Shown here: positions 22,201 through 30,568 of the stretch, piece by piece
Position numbering within the stretch: position 1 is the stretch's first letter
How the letters are laid out: every line of letters begins with the position of its first letter
Source: Amphiscolops sp. MND2022
Taxonomy: Eukaryota
DNA length: 64,000 nt
Assembly (NCBI GenBank): GCA_964187785.1
Contig: OZ076413.1
Span: forward strand, 49,540,001-49,604,000
Direction: 5' to 3'
Translations under genes and position numbers: made by a program
Notes under the pieces: model-generated
Told to the model about the DNA's origin: nothing
Database searches by the model: none
What the model saw: only the letters and a program-made list of their open reading frames with translations

Positions 22201-25200
22201 ATTGGAATTTGGTTGAAATAAAACTGCGCCTAAACCTATTAAAGAGGCGTCTACTGTTATGTAAAAAGGATGGGTAGTATTGGGAATAGCAAGTTCTGCA
22301 TCTTTGGAAAGAGAAAGTTTAATTTGATTGAAGAGTTTGTCTAACTCAGGAGTCCATTCAAATGAAATGTCATCATGAAGAAGAGTGTAGAAAGGTTTTA
22401 AAGAAATATGCAATTTGTTAATGAATTTAGAATAAAAATTCATTGATCCGATGAAGCGCATTAGTTCAGTTTTGGAAGTAGGTGTTTTTAATTGATGAAT
22501 AGCATCAATTTTGGAAGAAATGGGTTTAATAGTATTATTGCCAATTTCATGGCCAAGAAATTTAACAGTGAGAAGAATATAGAAAGATTTTTCAGGAGCA
22601 ATTTTAAGATTATTTGTTTGACAAATTTGATGGAGTTGTTCTATTAAATTTAACATATGAGGTTTGGTATGGGCAAGAAGAAGGATGTCATCAATATAAA
22701 CTAGTGCAAAGCCTTGGTCAATAAGTTTTTGGAAAAAGGAATACATTTGTTTGGTAAAAAAATTAGGTAGGCCTTTAAGACCATAAAATCCACGAATAAA
22801 AGCATAAAGTTTGTCACCGGAAGAAAAACTGGTTAAAGTGATAGTTTCTTCATCTAATGGAGCGTGAGCATAAGCATACATAAGGTCAATAGCAGATTTA
22901 AATTTTTTGTTAGCGCGTGCAAGTTGAGGAGCTAAAGGTTCAATAGGCCAAGATTCAAAAGATTGATCGGTATTAGAGTTAAGATGACGTGCGTCTAAAA
23001 CAACTTTAATAGTATCTCCTTTGGGGATAATGATGAGAGGATTTAAAAACGTGGTACCATAAATGGATTTATCAGAGGGGTTGGAACCAATTTGGCGAAT
23101 AATATTGTGTTTTTCTAATTCATCAAGAAGTTTTTTTAATTTTTCCCTATAGTGAATGGGAACTTTGGTAGGACGTTGGGTTTGAAGTTTAGCATTGGGT
23201 TTAAGGCGAATTCGAAAAGGGGTAGCTATTTGACCAACATCATTTTTATGTGTTGCATAGCATGTGCGGTATTTAACAAGAATGGAACACAATTGTAAAT
23301 ATTCTTCATCAGAAACATCTGAATATTGAAATTTGAATTTATTAAGAAATTGTTGGGTATCTGGTGAATATGGCAAAGGTGGAAGGGGTCTTGTTAAGAT
23401 TTGGGAAGGTTGCAAATTATTTATTTCAATTTGAGGATTGCGGAGAGAAGAACGTCTACGGGGAGGTTTCGGTTCAGAAATATCAGGATAGTACGAATGA
23501 AATATGGAATGTATTAGGGAATTTACATCATTTACTTTATAACGAGAGGGTTGAATATTTGTGGCAGGAACTTCAATATATCCAATATATCCAGGAGCAA
23601 GGGTAGCAGAGTGATGTGTAATATTTTGAATGATGACAGAACATGTTGAAGGTTCAGTTTTAACATTTTGATAAACTTGGAGGAAATTGAAAGTTGAATT
23701 GAAGCGTGTATTAAAAAATGGATGAGGTGTAGAAGGGAAGATAATTTCATTGTCGGAGGTTTTAAATGTTAGCGGGAGTGTTGGTTGAATAGGAAAATGA
23801 ATAACTTGCGATGCATTGGGTTTAAAATAAATTTTGTTTTTGACATTAATTGTGTATATATATGAAAAATATGGGTAATCCTTTTCCTTATGGGCTGTAA
23901 AAGGGAGAGTGTTAATACGAGATTCGTGTGGAGTGTTAAATGTGAGGAACATGTTTTCAATATCAAGAGTTTTAACATATTGTTCAAAGAAGGGAGTTCC
24001 AAGTATGTTATATTTAATATTTGCGACTGCAAAAGGAATAACAAGGGTACGAGTATTTCCATTAAGAGAAGTATGGAGTGTAAGTATTAGATTATGAAGG
24101 ATGGGTACTTCGGATTTATTAGCAACAGTTAACGTTTTGTATTCGTTTTGTTGTGGAGGATGTGTTGAACATTTTAAGAAGTGTTCAGCTAAAAAGGTAA
24201 AAGTAGGTAAATTTAAAACACAGATGGATGCACCACTGTCAAGAAGAAATAAGAGTTCTAGTTTGGAAGGAATGGAGGTATCTTCACTCGGTTTGAAAAC
24301 GTATAGATTAACGAACCAAGTGGAAGGTGTAATAGCATTTGCTTGTTCAGAGGAAGTAGAAGAAGATTGGGGCGAGGAGATATTAGGATGATACATATTG
24401 ATTTCAAAAAAGGATTCTGTATGAGAATTTGTTTGAGGAGGTGGTGTAGAAGGATGTGTGAGATTTATAGAGGGCTTGTATTGAGTTTGAGAATAGTTGT
24501 GGGAATTTGAATGAGATCTACTACGATAGCGATCATTACGTGGTTTAGAAGGTGGACGATAAGGAGAATTATATCTATTGAAGGTAGAGGTGTTAAAATT
24601 GGAGGAACGTTCGCGAGAGCGAGGGTAATATTTAGATGGACTACGAGAGGAATTAGAGTTATAATATGAGCGTGTAGAAGAATATGATTTATTTTGAGTA
24701 GGGTAATAATGTTTATCATATCGAGATCTATCACGATTGTGATAAGGTGAATATGGTCGGGAGTAGGGTTTAGTATTATACCTGGGACGTGAATGTGAGC
24801 GTGAATGAGAACGAGATTGATAGCGAGTGTTGCGAGAAGATTTGCGAGGAGGATTACTATAACTTCGACTACGGTGACGAGAATAGTGAGGTTTATTGGA
24901 AGGATTTTTAAAATGTTGATAAAACGTGGGGGTTGGAGATCGAGATTGTGGTTTTGATTCTTTAAGCATATTGAGACGGCGGAAACAAGTTGAAACAGAG
25001 TGATTATTTTTATGGCAAAATGAACAATATTTCTTGAATTGGGGTTTTGATTTATTATTTGGATCCATAGCTTGAACTTGTGGTGGTTCTGGAGGAGAAT
25101 CTTGAATTGTTGTATTTTGTTGGAAGGTATTAGACAAATTGTTAATTTCAAGAGAAAGTTCTTGAGTTTTAATTTTTTCAAGAGTTATATCTTCGGAATC

Positions 25201-27183
25201 AACCATATTAACGAGAGAATGAAATGGGATTGAAGGTTCTAATGAGCTTGAAATATGTTTAACTTGACGTTTATTAGCGAAGTCTTTTAATTTTTTAGGT
25301 AGACCACGGGTAAAAATTTCATTACATTTAAGGTTAATCGTTGAAGGATATTCATTGTACCAGCCTTGTTTTACAAGAGTTTCAACTTTAAGAGCGAAAT
25401 GACGGACATTTTCATTATCCTTTTTAAGAAGAGAAAGGGCTTCAATTTGAGCATGATATGCGTGTTTTTGAGAATAGAATTGTTTCTTAAAAATTTGAAG
25501 AAAAGAAGACCAATCATCTTTATAAACTTGTGGGAGACGGTCATACCAATTGGAAGCAGTTCCTGTGAGGGAACAATACAAAAGAGACATTCGGCGAGAA
25601 TGCCAAGTTAAATATGATTGCAAATCTACAGGTTGAGGTCCAAGTTGAAATGTAACACGAGCGCTGAGGTGGGCTAAAAATTTTTCGGGAGGATAGGTAT
25701 GATCTAAGCCATCAAAAAGCTTGATAGGGTCGGAAAGGGCAGCAAAAGGAACAGAAGGAGTAGTTGGAAAAGGAAATGAAGGATAAGAGGAAGGAGGATT
25801 GAATGATAATGTGGAAGTGGGGGGGAGCGAATTAGGATGATTTGGAGGGGGTTGAAAAGAGTTAGTAGGGAAATTTTGAAAGTTAGGATAAAGAGAAATA
25901 TAAGGATTATATGATGTAGATTGGGTTGTAGAAGAAGTTGTTTGAAGAGTAGGATGGTTTTGACTAGAGAAAGATGCAGGATTTTGGGAAAAATTTTGAA
26001 CAGGCATAGTGGTATTTAAAGAAAGTGGAATTGGGTTTAATGAAGGAATTTGGAATGTTGAATGTTGAATGGGATTAGCAATAATAGCAGGTGGGGTGTT
26101 AGAAGGGGTTGTATATTGATTGGGTGAATTAGAAAGAGGAGGATTATGAATCGTTGTGATTTGAGAAGTAGAAGGGGGATTATTGTGATTTAAATTTGTA
26201 TCTTGAGGAGTAGGAGGAAAATTATGTTGAGTTGAAGATGAAGTAGGATTTGTTGTATTATTTGATGAGGAAGGGAGAGTTTGAATAGAGGCTGTAGAAA
26301 TAGTTTCATTCGAAGGAGGAATATTCGATGGTTGATAATAAGGGCGAATAGGAGGAGAAAGATTGAGGCTTTTATCAATACTATTAGTATCATAGACAAG
26401 ATATTCAAAATGAGAAGGAGGAAAGTCAAGAAGATTATAATAATGGGGATGTTGGTGATCAGGAGTGTCAAGGAAAGGTAGAAGTTCATCAGTGGTGAAT
26501 TGTTGTGGGAAGTTTTTACAAGCGGTTTGAAATTTTGAATGCCAAACTAGTTGGTAATTATGTCTAAAGAATTTGCGGAGAAAAAGGGAATATATTTGAA
26601 TTTGTTCTTTTGTATCTTTATTGAGGGTAAGATTTTGAAAAAATTGATATTGAAAGTGATGAATTTGGAATATATCTGTGAGAAGCCAATGGTGAGGATT
26701 ATTTTCAATAGTGCGAAATTGTTCAATATTGGGAAGGTCAAAAAGAGATTCCTTTTGAAGAAGTGCTTGAATAGAGGAAGGGTTAAAAACATGATTAGGT
26801 AGAAGGTTATTTTTTTCTTGGAGATTGTTTAAAAAAGTTGTAAATACATGGGCAATTGGAATTTTAATATTATTGGGATAGATATTCTTTTGAAAAGTAT
26901 CACAGTGAGTGGAGGGAGAAGTGAACGGAATAGAAAATGGAGGTTCATCCGAAGTAGGAAGAAGTGATTTGGTGTCAATATAATATAAATAAGAATCATG
27001 ATGTTCACGAATTAGTGGAGTAGTGTAAATATCTTCTGGGTAGGTTTCAAAAGAAAGAGGAGTGGTTGAATTGTAGATAAGATTGTTTAAGAATTGAAGA
27101 AGAGTGTGTGAAATATCACGAGTAATACGATGAGAGGGGTTTGGGGTGAAAGGAAGGGGGAGAAGGAGATTTGAATCAGTCAT
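19270..27183 (-). CDS. gag-pol: Gag-Pol polyprotein, 2637 aa (capsid, CCHC, RS-rich region, protease, possible degenerate dUTPase-like domain, RT, RNase H, integrase with GPY)
   Basis: CSFCHKNNHSVSTC; LLDSGASIC; VVLDARHLN, IDLMYAY, YIDD; VDAS..DRELCA..TDH..ADMLSR; HSHGH..CIDC, SMDTKGP, TDRGTEY, GLVEVQN; IGPYKI. Confidence 0.97.
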   Translation of the reverse strand: MTDSNLLLPLPFTPNPSHRITRDISHTLLQFLNNLIYNSTTPLSFETYPEDIYTTPLIREHHDSYLYYIDTKSLLPTSDEPPFSIPFTSPSTHCDTFQKNIYPNNIKIPIAHVFTTFLNNLQEKNNLLPNHVFNPSSIQALLQKESLFDLPNIEQFRTIENNPHHWLLTDIFQIHHFQYQFFQNLTLNKDTKEQIQIYSLFLRKFFRHNYQLVWHSKFQTACKNFPQQFTTDELLPFLDTPDHQHPHYYNLLDFPPSHFEYLVYDTNSIDKSLNLSPPIRPYYQPSNIPPSNETISTASIQTLPSSSNNTTNPTSSSTQHNFPPTPQDTNLNHNNPPSTSQITTIHNPPLSNSPNQYTTPSNTPPAIIANPIQHSTFQIPSLNPIPLSLNTTMPVQNFSQNPASFSSQNHPTLQTTSSTTQSTSYNPYISLYPNFQNFPTNSFQPPPNHPNSLPPTSTLSFNPPSSYPSFPFPTTPSVPFAALSDPIKLFDGLDHTYPPEKFLAHLSARVTFQLGPQPVDLQSYLTWHSRRMSLLYCSLTGTASNWYDRLPQVYKDDWSSFLQIFKKQFYSQKHAYHAQIEALSLLKKDNENVRHFALKVETLVKQGWYNEYPSTINLKCNEIFTRGLPKKLKDFANKRQVKHISSSLEPSIPFHSLVNMVDSEDITLEKIKTQELSLEINNLSNTFQQNTTIQDSPPEPPQVQAMDPNNKSKPQFKKYCSFCHKNNHSVSTCFRRLNMLKESKPQSRSPTPTFYQHFKNPSNKPHYSRHRSRSYSNPPRKSSRNTRYQSRSHSRSHSRPRYNTKPYSRPYSPYHNRDRSRYDKHYYPTQNKSYSSTRSYYNSNSSRSPSKYYPRSRERSSNFNTSTFNRYNSPYRPPSKPRNDRYRSRSHSNSHNYSQTQYKPSINLTHPSTPPPQTNSHTESFFEINMYHPNISSPQSSSTSSEQANAITPSTWFVNLYVFKPSEDTSIPSKLELLFLLDSGASICVLNLPTFTFLAEHFLKCSTHPPQQNEYKTLTVANKSEVPILHNLILTLHTSLNGNTRTLVIPFAVANIKYNILGTPFFEQYVKTLDIENMFLTFNTPHESRINTLPFTAHKEKDYPYFSYIYTINVKNKIYFKPNASQVIHFPIQPTLPLTFKTSDNEIIFPSTPHPFFNTRFNSTFNFLQVYQNVKTEPSTCSVIIQNITHHSATLAPGYIGYIEVPATNIQPSRYKVNDVNSLIHSIFHSYYPDISEPKPPRRRSSLRNPQIEINNLQPSQILTRPLPPLPYSPDTQQFLNKFKFQYSDVSDEEYLQLCSILVKYRTCYATHKNDVGQIATPFRIRLKPNAKLQTQRPTKVPIHYREKLKKLLDELEKHNIIRQIGSNPSDKSIYGTTFLNPLIIIPKGDTIKVVLDARHLNSNTDQSFESWPIEPLAPQLARANKKFKSAIDLMYAYAHAPLDEETITLTSFSSGDKLYAFIRGFYGLKGLPNFFTKQMYSFFQKLIDQGFALVYIDDILLLAHTKPHMLNLIEQLHQICQTNNLKIAPEKSFYILLTVKFLGHEIGNNTIKPISSKIDAIHQLKTPTSKTELMRFIGSMNFYSKFINKLHISLKPFYTLLHDDISFEWTPELDKLFNQIKLSLSKDAELAIPNTTHPFYITVDASLIGLGAVLFQPNSNNKMQIISYNSRILTTQEQKLSTYDRELCAITFALSQYEFIIIGSKFPITVFTDHNPILFLFTRKGNLTPRQYKAQMLLTKFSNLQIIHTAGTNLTVADMLSRDFSTINAKTCQLQHKTLPPHIDFLQLKQNNILKPVHYLVKHEDVLPTQKNDSHLILADYGDDQFTLRIQDKGNVVKYTPLDSFSFQSVSSFLNKYKKPVKNKVKTLLQENPLLNETDLYDTDDPVLKRIPQQSSQTPHELHTLFTEVQHHYFNDITLSHDILTNFINSPPIINHTLHSNAITPTSPKTINTQSLPFFDPSFFAHRKAFDNFFLPSDTLLTLPILLQAQKDDPVLFTVYTWLKQKQKPHSLTPIIKANSFLYTYYKQFQHLYIDPTSHLIQYYTPNSRIFEEIFIKTQPSINQTRICLPFKLFYAAFSKTHSHGHSGEKLSIKTFNQFYFIPHLPLWFSIFIHDCIDCQTNKHFPIKPQNISPPLPFYENATHFNYRISMDTKGPISPSSQNNSYIFVIIDAFSHFVVTNPAPNINSKYAIQTLLHHWITKFGPPQYLVTDRGTEYINQDMAHFCSLFHINHSPRTPNSPWTNGLVEVQNRNLGTHLRIFLQNPPTNWSFQTQMYAYAHNTTPLSQLKLSPYQIVFHTHPRIPLTFSLNLPREAQKQCIATYCESLPPHSHYSTQNLNPFFHSLLDKPISSWLLAAETAMLEIYSTVHRHINHKLNSQSSTFETTHLKQLPLNTFVIHTNFKPVTFSNKLKPLRIGPYKILKHLSEVTYELLSQDGSTFQTHRNHILPYYPKEPIIFPYIKHYHSTPSLINNPDTDPYQDTFSQFSSLDLQNNSDSSQTPPPSESTNFNSSPPSIPNYQNLSHYSSLQDHFDHIPSSTTTPLQSTSSSDNLDNTIDSHDSDFEMLPNPLYYSNSSPNSFPQFFPRVADSADTSSSSFPEPPNEPTYRRAPHSPYNLRSLPPRHYNSSKPTISFPP

Positions 27184-27419
27184 TAGGAGTGTTTACGAGG
27201 ATGGAAATGGAGCCAAATCCAATCCATAATTACATCAGGGTGAATAGATGGGTCAGTAGGAAGAGGGTGAAAGTAGCGGCTGATTTTGAGGGGAAGATAA
27301 GTGTAAAAGAAGAGGAAGGAAGGATAAAAATATATCGAAGTAGTTATGAGGAAAAGAGAAAGAAAAAGAAGGTGAAAAAGAGCAAGGAGAGGATTGGGGT
27401 TAAGAAAGAGGAGGTGCAT
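27183..27419 (-). CDS. Small hydrophobic leader ORF (78 aa) whose stop overlaps the gag start (TAATG)
   Basis: ATG at 27419, MHLLFLNPNPLLALFHLLFLSLFLITT..; its TAA shares an A with the gag ATG. Confidence 0.45.
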   Translation of the reverse strand: MHLLFLNPNPLLALFHLLFLSLFLITTSIYFYPSFLFFYTYLPLKISRYFHPLPTDPSIHPDVIMDWIWLHFHPRKHS

Positions 27420-27534
27420 ACAAAGGGAGGAAAAGAAGAATAGTATGAAAGAATGGGAAAGGAGGTAAGAAAAGAAGTGAAAAAATGAAGAAGGTGAGGG
27501 GGAAAAGGAAAGGGAAATTGGGAATAAAGGAAGG

Positions 27535-27648
27535 TTAGTTGAAAAGAGATTGGACGATTTTTTCAATAAGAAGCATTAGAAAGACCATCATGGCAAAGAT
27601 ATAGGAGACGAAAAGAATAATAGTGGCAAGATTTTCGGTTAGAAACAT
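27535..27648 (-). CDS. Small single-TM leader peptide (37 aa)
   Basis: MFLTENLATIILFVSYIFAMMVFLMLLIEKIVQSLFN, translated by hand; resembles the neighbouring uORF. Confidence 0.45.
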   Translation of the reverse strand: MFLTENLATIILFVSYIFAMMVFLMLLIEKIVQSLFN

Positions 27649-27657
27649 ATAGAATTA

Positions 27658-27804
27658 TTAAAGTGAGGAAGTTCTGTATTGTTCAAAAGCGTGAGGAATA
27701 AAAGGCAGAATAAATTTATCAACAAGAAGCAAAACAATTGCACAAAGACCAAAAATGTAGAGGAGGATGAGACAAATACAAACGGAGTCGTTCAAAGAAG
27801 GCAT
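27658..27804 (-). CDS. Small single-TM leader peptide (48 aa)
   Basis: MPSLNDSVCICLILLYIFGLCAIVLLLVDKFILPFIPHAFEQYRTSSL. Confidence 0.45.
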   Translation of the reverse strand: MPSLNDSVCICLILLYIFGLCAIVLLLVDKFILPFIPHAFEQYRTSSL

Positions 27805-27935
27805 TAAATAGTATGGAGAATGGTGAAAAGGAAGTGAGGTGAAGCAATGTGGGGTTGAAAAGGAGCGGAACAAAAGTGAAAGGGGAAGGATATGAAAGAG
27901 GGAAAGTATGAAAAATGGTTAGAAAAGGAAACGGG

Positions 27936-28138
27936 TGTACCAGCAAGAGCTGAATCACAAAAGGTGATTAGTACAGAAGAAGAGAATGTACCAGCACGTA
28001 GCTGAATCACAAAAGGTGATTAGTACAGAAAGCTTTAATGTACCGACTACTTGGTCGAACCACAATGTGTGATTAGTACAGAAGAAGTATGGAATTTGTA
28101 CCGACTACGAGGTCGAATCACGTTAGGTGATTAGTACA
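27936..28138 (-). repeat. Four tandem structured repeats (three-way junctions) in the 5' leader
   Basis: Units at 27936, 27987, 28039 and 28097: TGTAC-[CAGC..GCTG or CGAC..GTCG]-AATCAC..GTGATT-A-GTACA. Confidence 0.9.
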
Positions 28139-28200
28139 GAAGATTTTGGGGTTAAAAGGAAAAGGTAGATTACAAAAGTGATTGTAGAAAAGGAAAGAAA

Positions 28201-28216
28201 CGAAATGATCGCACCA
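28201..28216 (-). promoter_or_regulatory. Primer-binding site TGGTGCGATCATTTCG
   Basis: TGG lies 2 nt after the end of the 5' LTR; cognate tRNA not identified. Confidence 0.75.
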
Positions 28217-28218
28217 GT

Positions 28219-28538
28219 TAAAGTACTTGTTTTGTTCTTATAGATCGGTGTTACTGAGATAGAGTGTTCAAATGATCTTAGTACTTTAAGAGACACTAAC
28301 AGAGCTGCAGATATTAGGTCTTAAGGGAAGACAACTGGTTGGTGAAGAATGAATTTTAGTTGTGTCTAAATCAAAGTGCATTGTACAGAATATTAAGTGG
28401 GTACATTAAGTTTACATCTAGAATATTAATCAGATACATTGATGAGATGGAGTACATTTATTATGAAGTCTAGAAGTCTAGACATAAGGGGAGTTGGGGG
28501 GACGATACAGCACTACACAACATATATCTGGTATATCA
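28219..28538 (-). repeat. 5' LTR
   Basis: Direct repeat of 9688-10007, flanked by the PBS and the CAAG TSD. Confidence 0.97.
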
Positions 28539-28669
28539 CAAGCCATAAATTTGCTATTGAAAATTACAAATTCGCATTGTATTTTACAAATAAATATTTG
28601 TTCAGAGTATCATCCCTCATGTTAGGTCGATCAGCCACGAATGCGTTCAGGATAGAGAAAAAACCTGAG

Positions 28670-28799
28670 TTCCGCTCCTTTCCATGTTTCCATGTTTCAA
28701 GCTTGAATCAACTCTTTCGACGATTGGGAAATCTTGTTACGGATTCCAGCAGAAATGTCCTGTCTGAGAGACGCTTTTTAGTTCGTCAAGCTCGATGTC
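28670..28799 (+). repeat. Interspersed repeat fragment also found at about 5690-5818 and 8724-8829
   Basis: Shared TTTCCATGTTTCCATGTTTCAAGCTTGAATC..GTTACGGATTCCAGCAGA..CTGAGAGACGCTTTTTAGT. Confidence 0.85.
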
Positions 28800-30568
28800 T
28801 TTAGCATTTGGAGGTTTAGACTGGATGGTCCCAGGGACTGGACGCTTTGGTTGCCTAGTTCGCCGCTTTGGACGTGAGAAATATTATCATCAGAAAAACA
28901 TGTTTTCTAAAACTTCCAGAGAAGCTACCTTCCTTTGATTTTTGGTTGTCATCTTTGATGAAAAGTCTCTTTGGGAAAACTGAATTTAGTTTTACGATTG
29001 TCAAGTTTTTACTTTAATATAGCAAGATTGAAGGAATCCTGGGAATATATTCAACAAATATATACCGTCCAAGCATTATTTGATCTTTCTGGCGTCCCTG
29101 TAAAATAACAGGAAATTTGTTATTTCTGCCCTGTTTAGTACTAAATTCAAAACATTTCATGCCTGGTGTCATTACATCGGTGTTCTCGTCGGAAACGTTT
29201 GAGCAGTAACTATTACTACTCCATGGTCACAAAAGAATTCCAGCTCCACATAGGAACACGTTCATAGTTAGGAAATTACTTTTCCATTAGTAGTATCCAA
29301 CGGGATGTGGGTTTCATATTTTCACTAATGGAATTGTATTTTAAACAATGTCAGAAGTTGCGCTACAAAATAGCACCATTTATTTCCACACTACAAGGTC
29401 AACAGGTGTTGACTTCAGTACAATATAAAGTCTGCATATTACATGTATATTAAAACAAGCTCGTTGGGAGATGGGCCTGATTAGTAAAATATACACATTT
29501 GTTAAGTTTGTATGGATAACTTTAAGCTGTGACCTTTCCGCGAAATTACCCCTAAAGTAGTAGTAACAAAAACTGCGAAAATTCTTCAGTTATTATGTTA
29601 TTACTTGTTTTTATTTCAAATGTTCTTTCAAATCGCTGACCTAGGTTAGAGTAATATCTCCTTTTCCAGATATATATGTTAACATAATGTTCCCTTTACA
29701 GGCTGTAGTAATAATGTAGATGCGACATAACTTATTTTTTCCTAGACTAAGTTAGGGACGTAGCCGCGATGTAGATTAAACCCCTCTTTTTAGTCGGCGC
29801 CTTTTCCCTTAAGAAAAAAAGCCCGACTATTACAGTGGGTAGTTTTTTTCAGCTGACAATCTCACTCTGAATGGTCCATTTTTCTTACAATTCTTACAAA
29901 ATTACAATTTCTCAATTTCTTACAATTCTTACTTAGTTTACGAAGTAGTATTTTTAAATCATCTAAGAAACTCAACGGGGCCAAAGGGTACTCCCTTAGA
30001 GTATTTTCGGCTCTGTGAGACTTTTTTTCGAAAATTTTTTTTCACCGAAGGGTCCCCCTTCAATTTTTTGATATTTTCCGACAGAATGGATGTTGAAAAA
30101 TCCCAAAGGGTCTCCCCTTTCAGTTTTTTTGGCATTGTGAGACTTTTTTCAATTTTTTTGTTATAAAAGGGTCCCCAATTCACCAATACTTTGACATTTT
30201 GAAGTCCTTTTGGTATTTTTGAGCCTTAGATATGGCGCCGACTTGGGCCGTTCCCGGCTTGTTATTCTATATTAGCGACAATTTCGCGACGTGAAGTAGA
30301 CTTGCTGCAAAACGGCACTCTTAAAATACCGACGACATATATTCAAGCCTCATTCTGATGGCTAGTGTAATAGCGACTCAGGTAGCAGTGTTTCGGTCCA
30401 CGCTACTTTCCGAAAGTTAATCTAATATACGTTTGACGCCCCTATGTAGTTTGTTTGATCATGATACTTAGCATGTATTGATAAAATTCAACATAACGTT
30501 TAGAAGACAGTCGTGGACAGTAATTAATTACTTTTTTATAACTATCAAAATTTCTGACTACTAATTTA

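Larger units (their letters stand above)
9688..28538 (-). mobile_element. Complete env-encoding Ty3/gypsy LTR retroelement, 18,851 bp
   Basis: Direct 320-bp LTRs; 4-bp TSD CAAG at 9684-9687 and 28539-28542; PBS; intact gag-pol and env; pol order PR-RT-RH-IN. Confidence 0.97.

Noticed and set aside
27936..28138. Hammerhead ribozymes or a CRISPR array
   Set aside because: The junctions lack the CUGANGA/GAAA core on either strand, and the spacers are only 11-16 nt.
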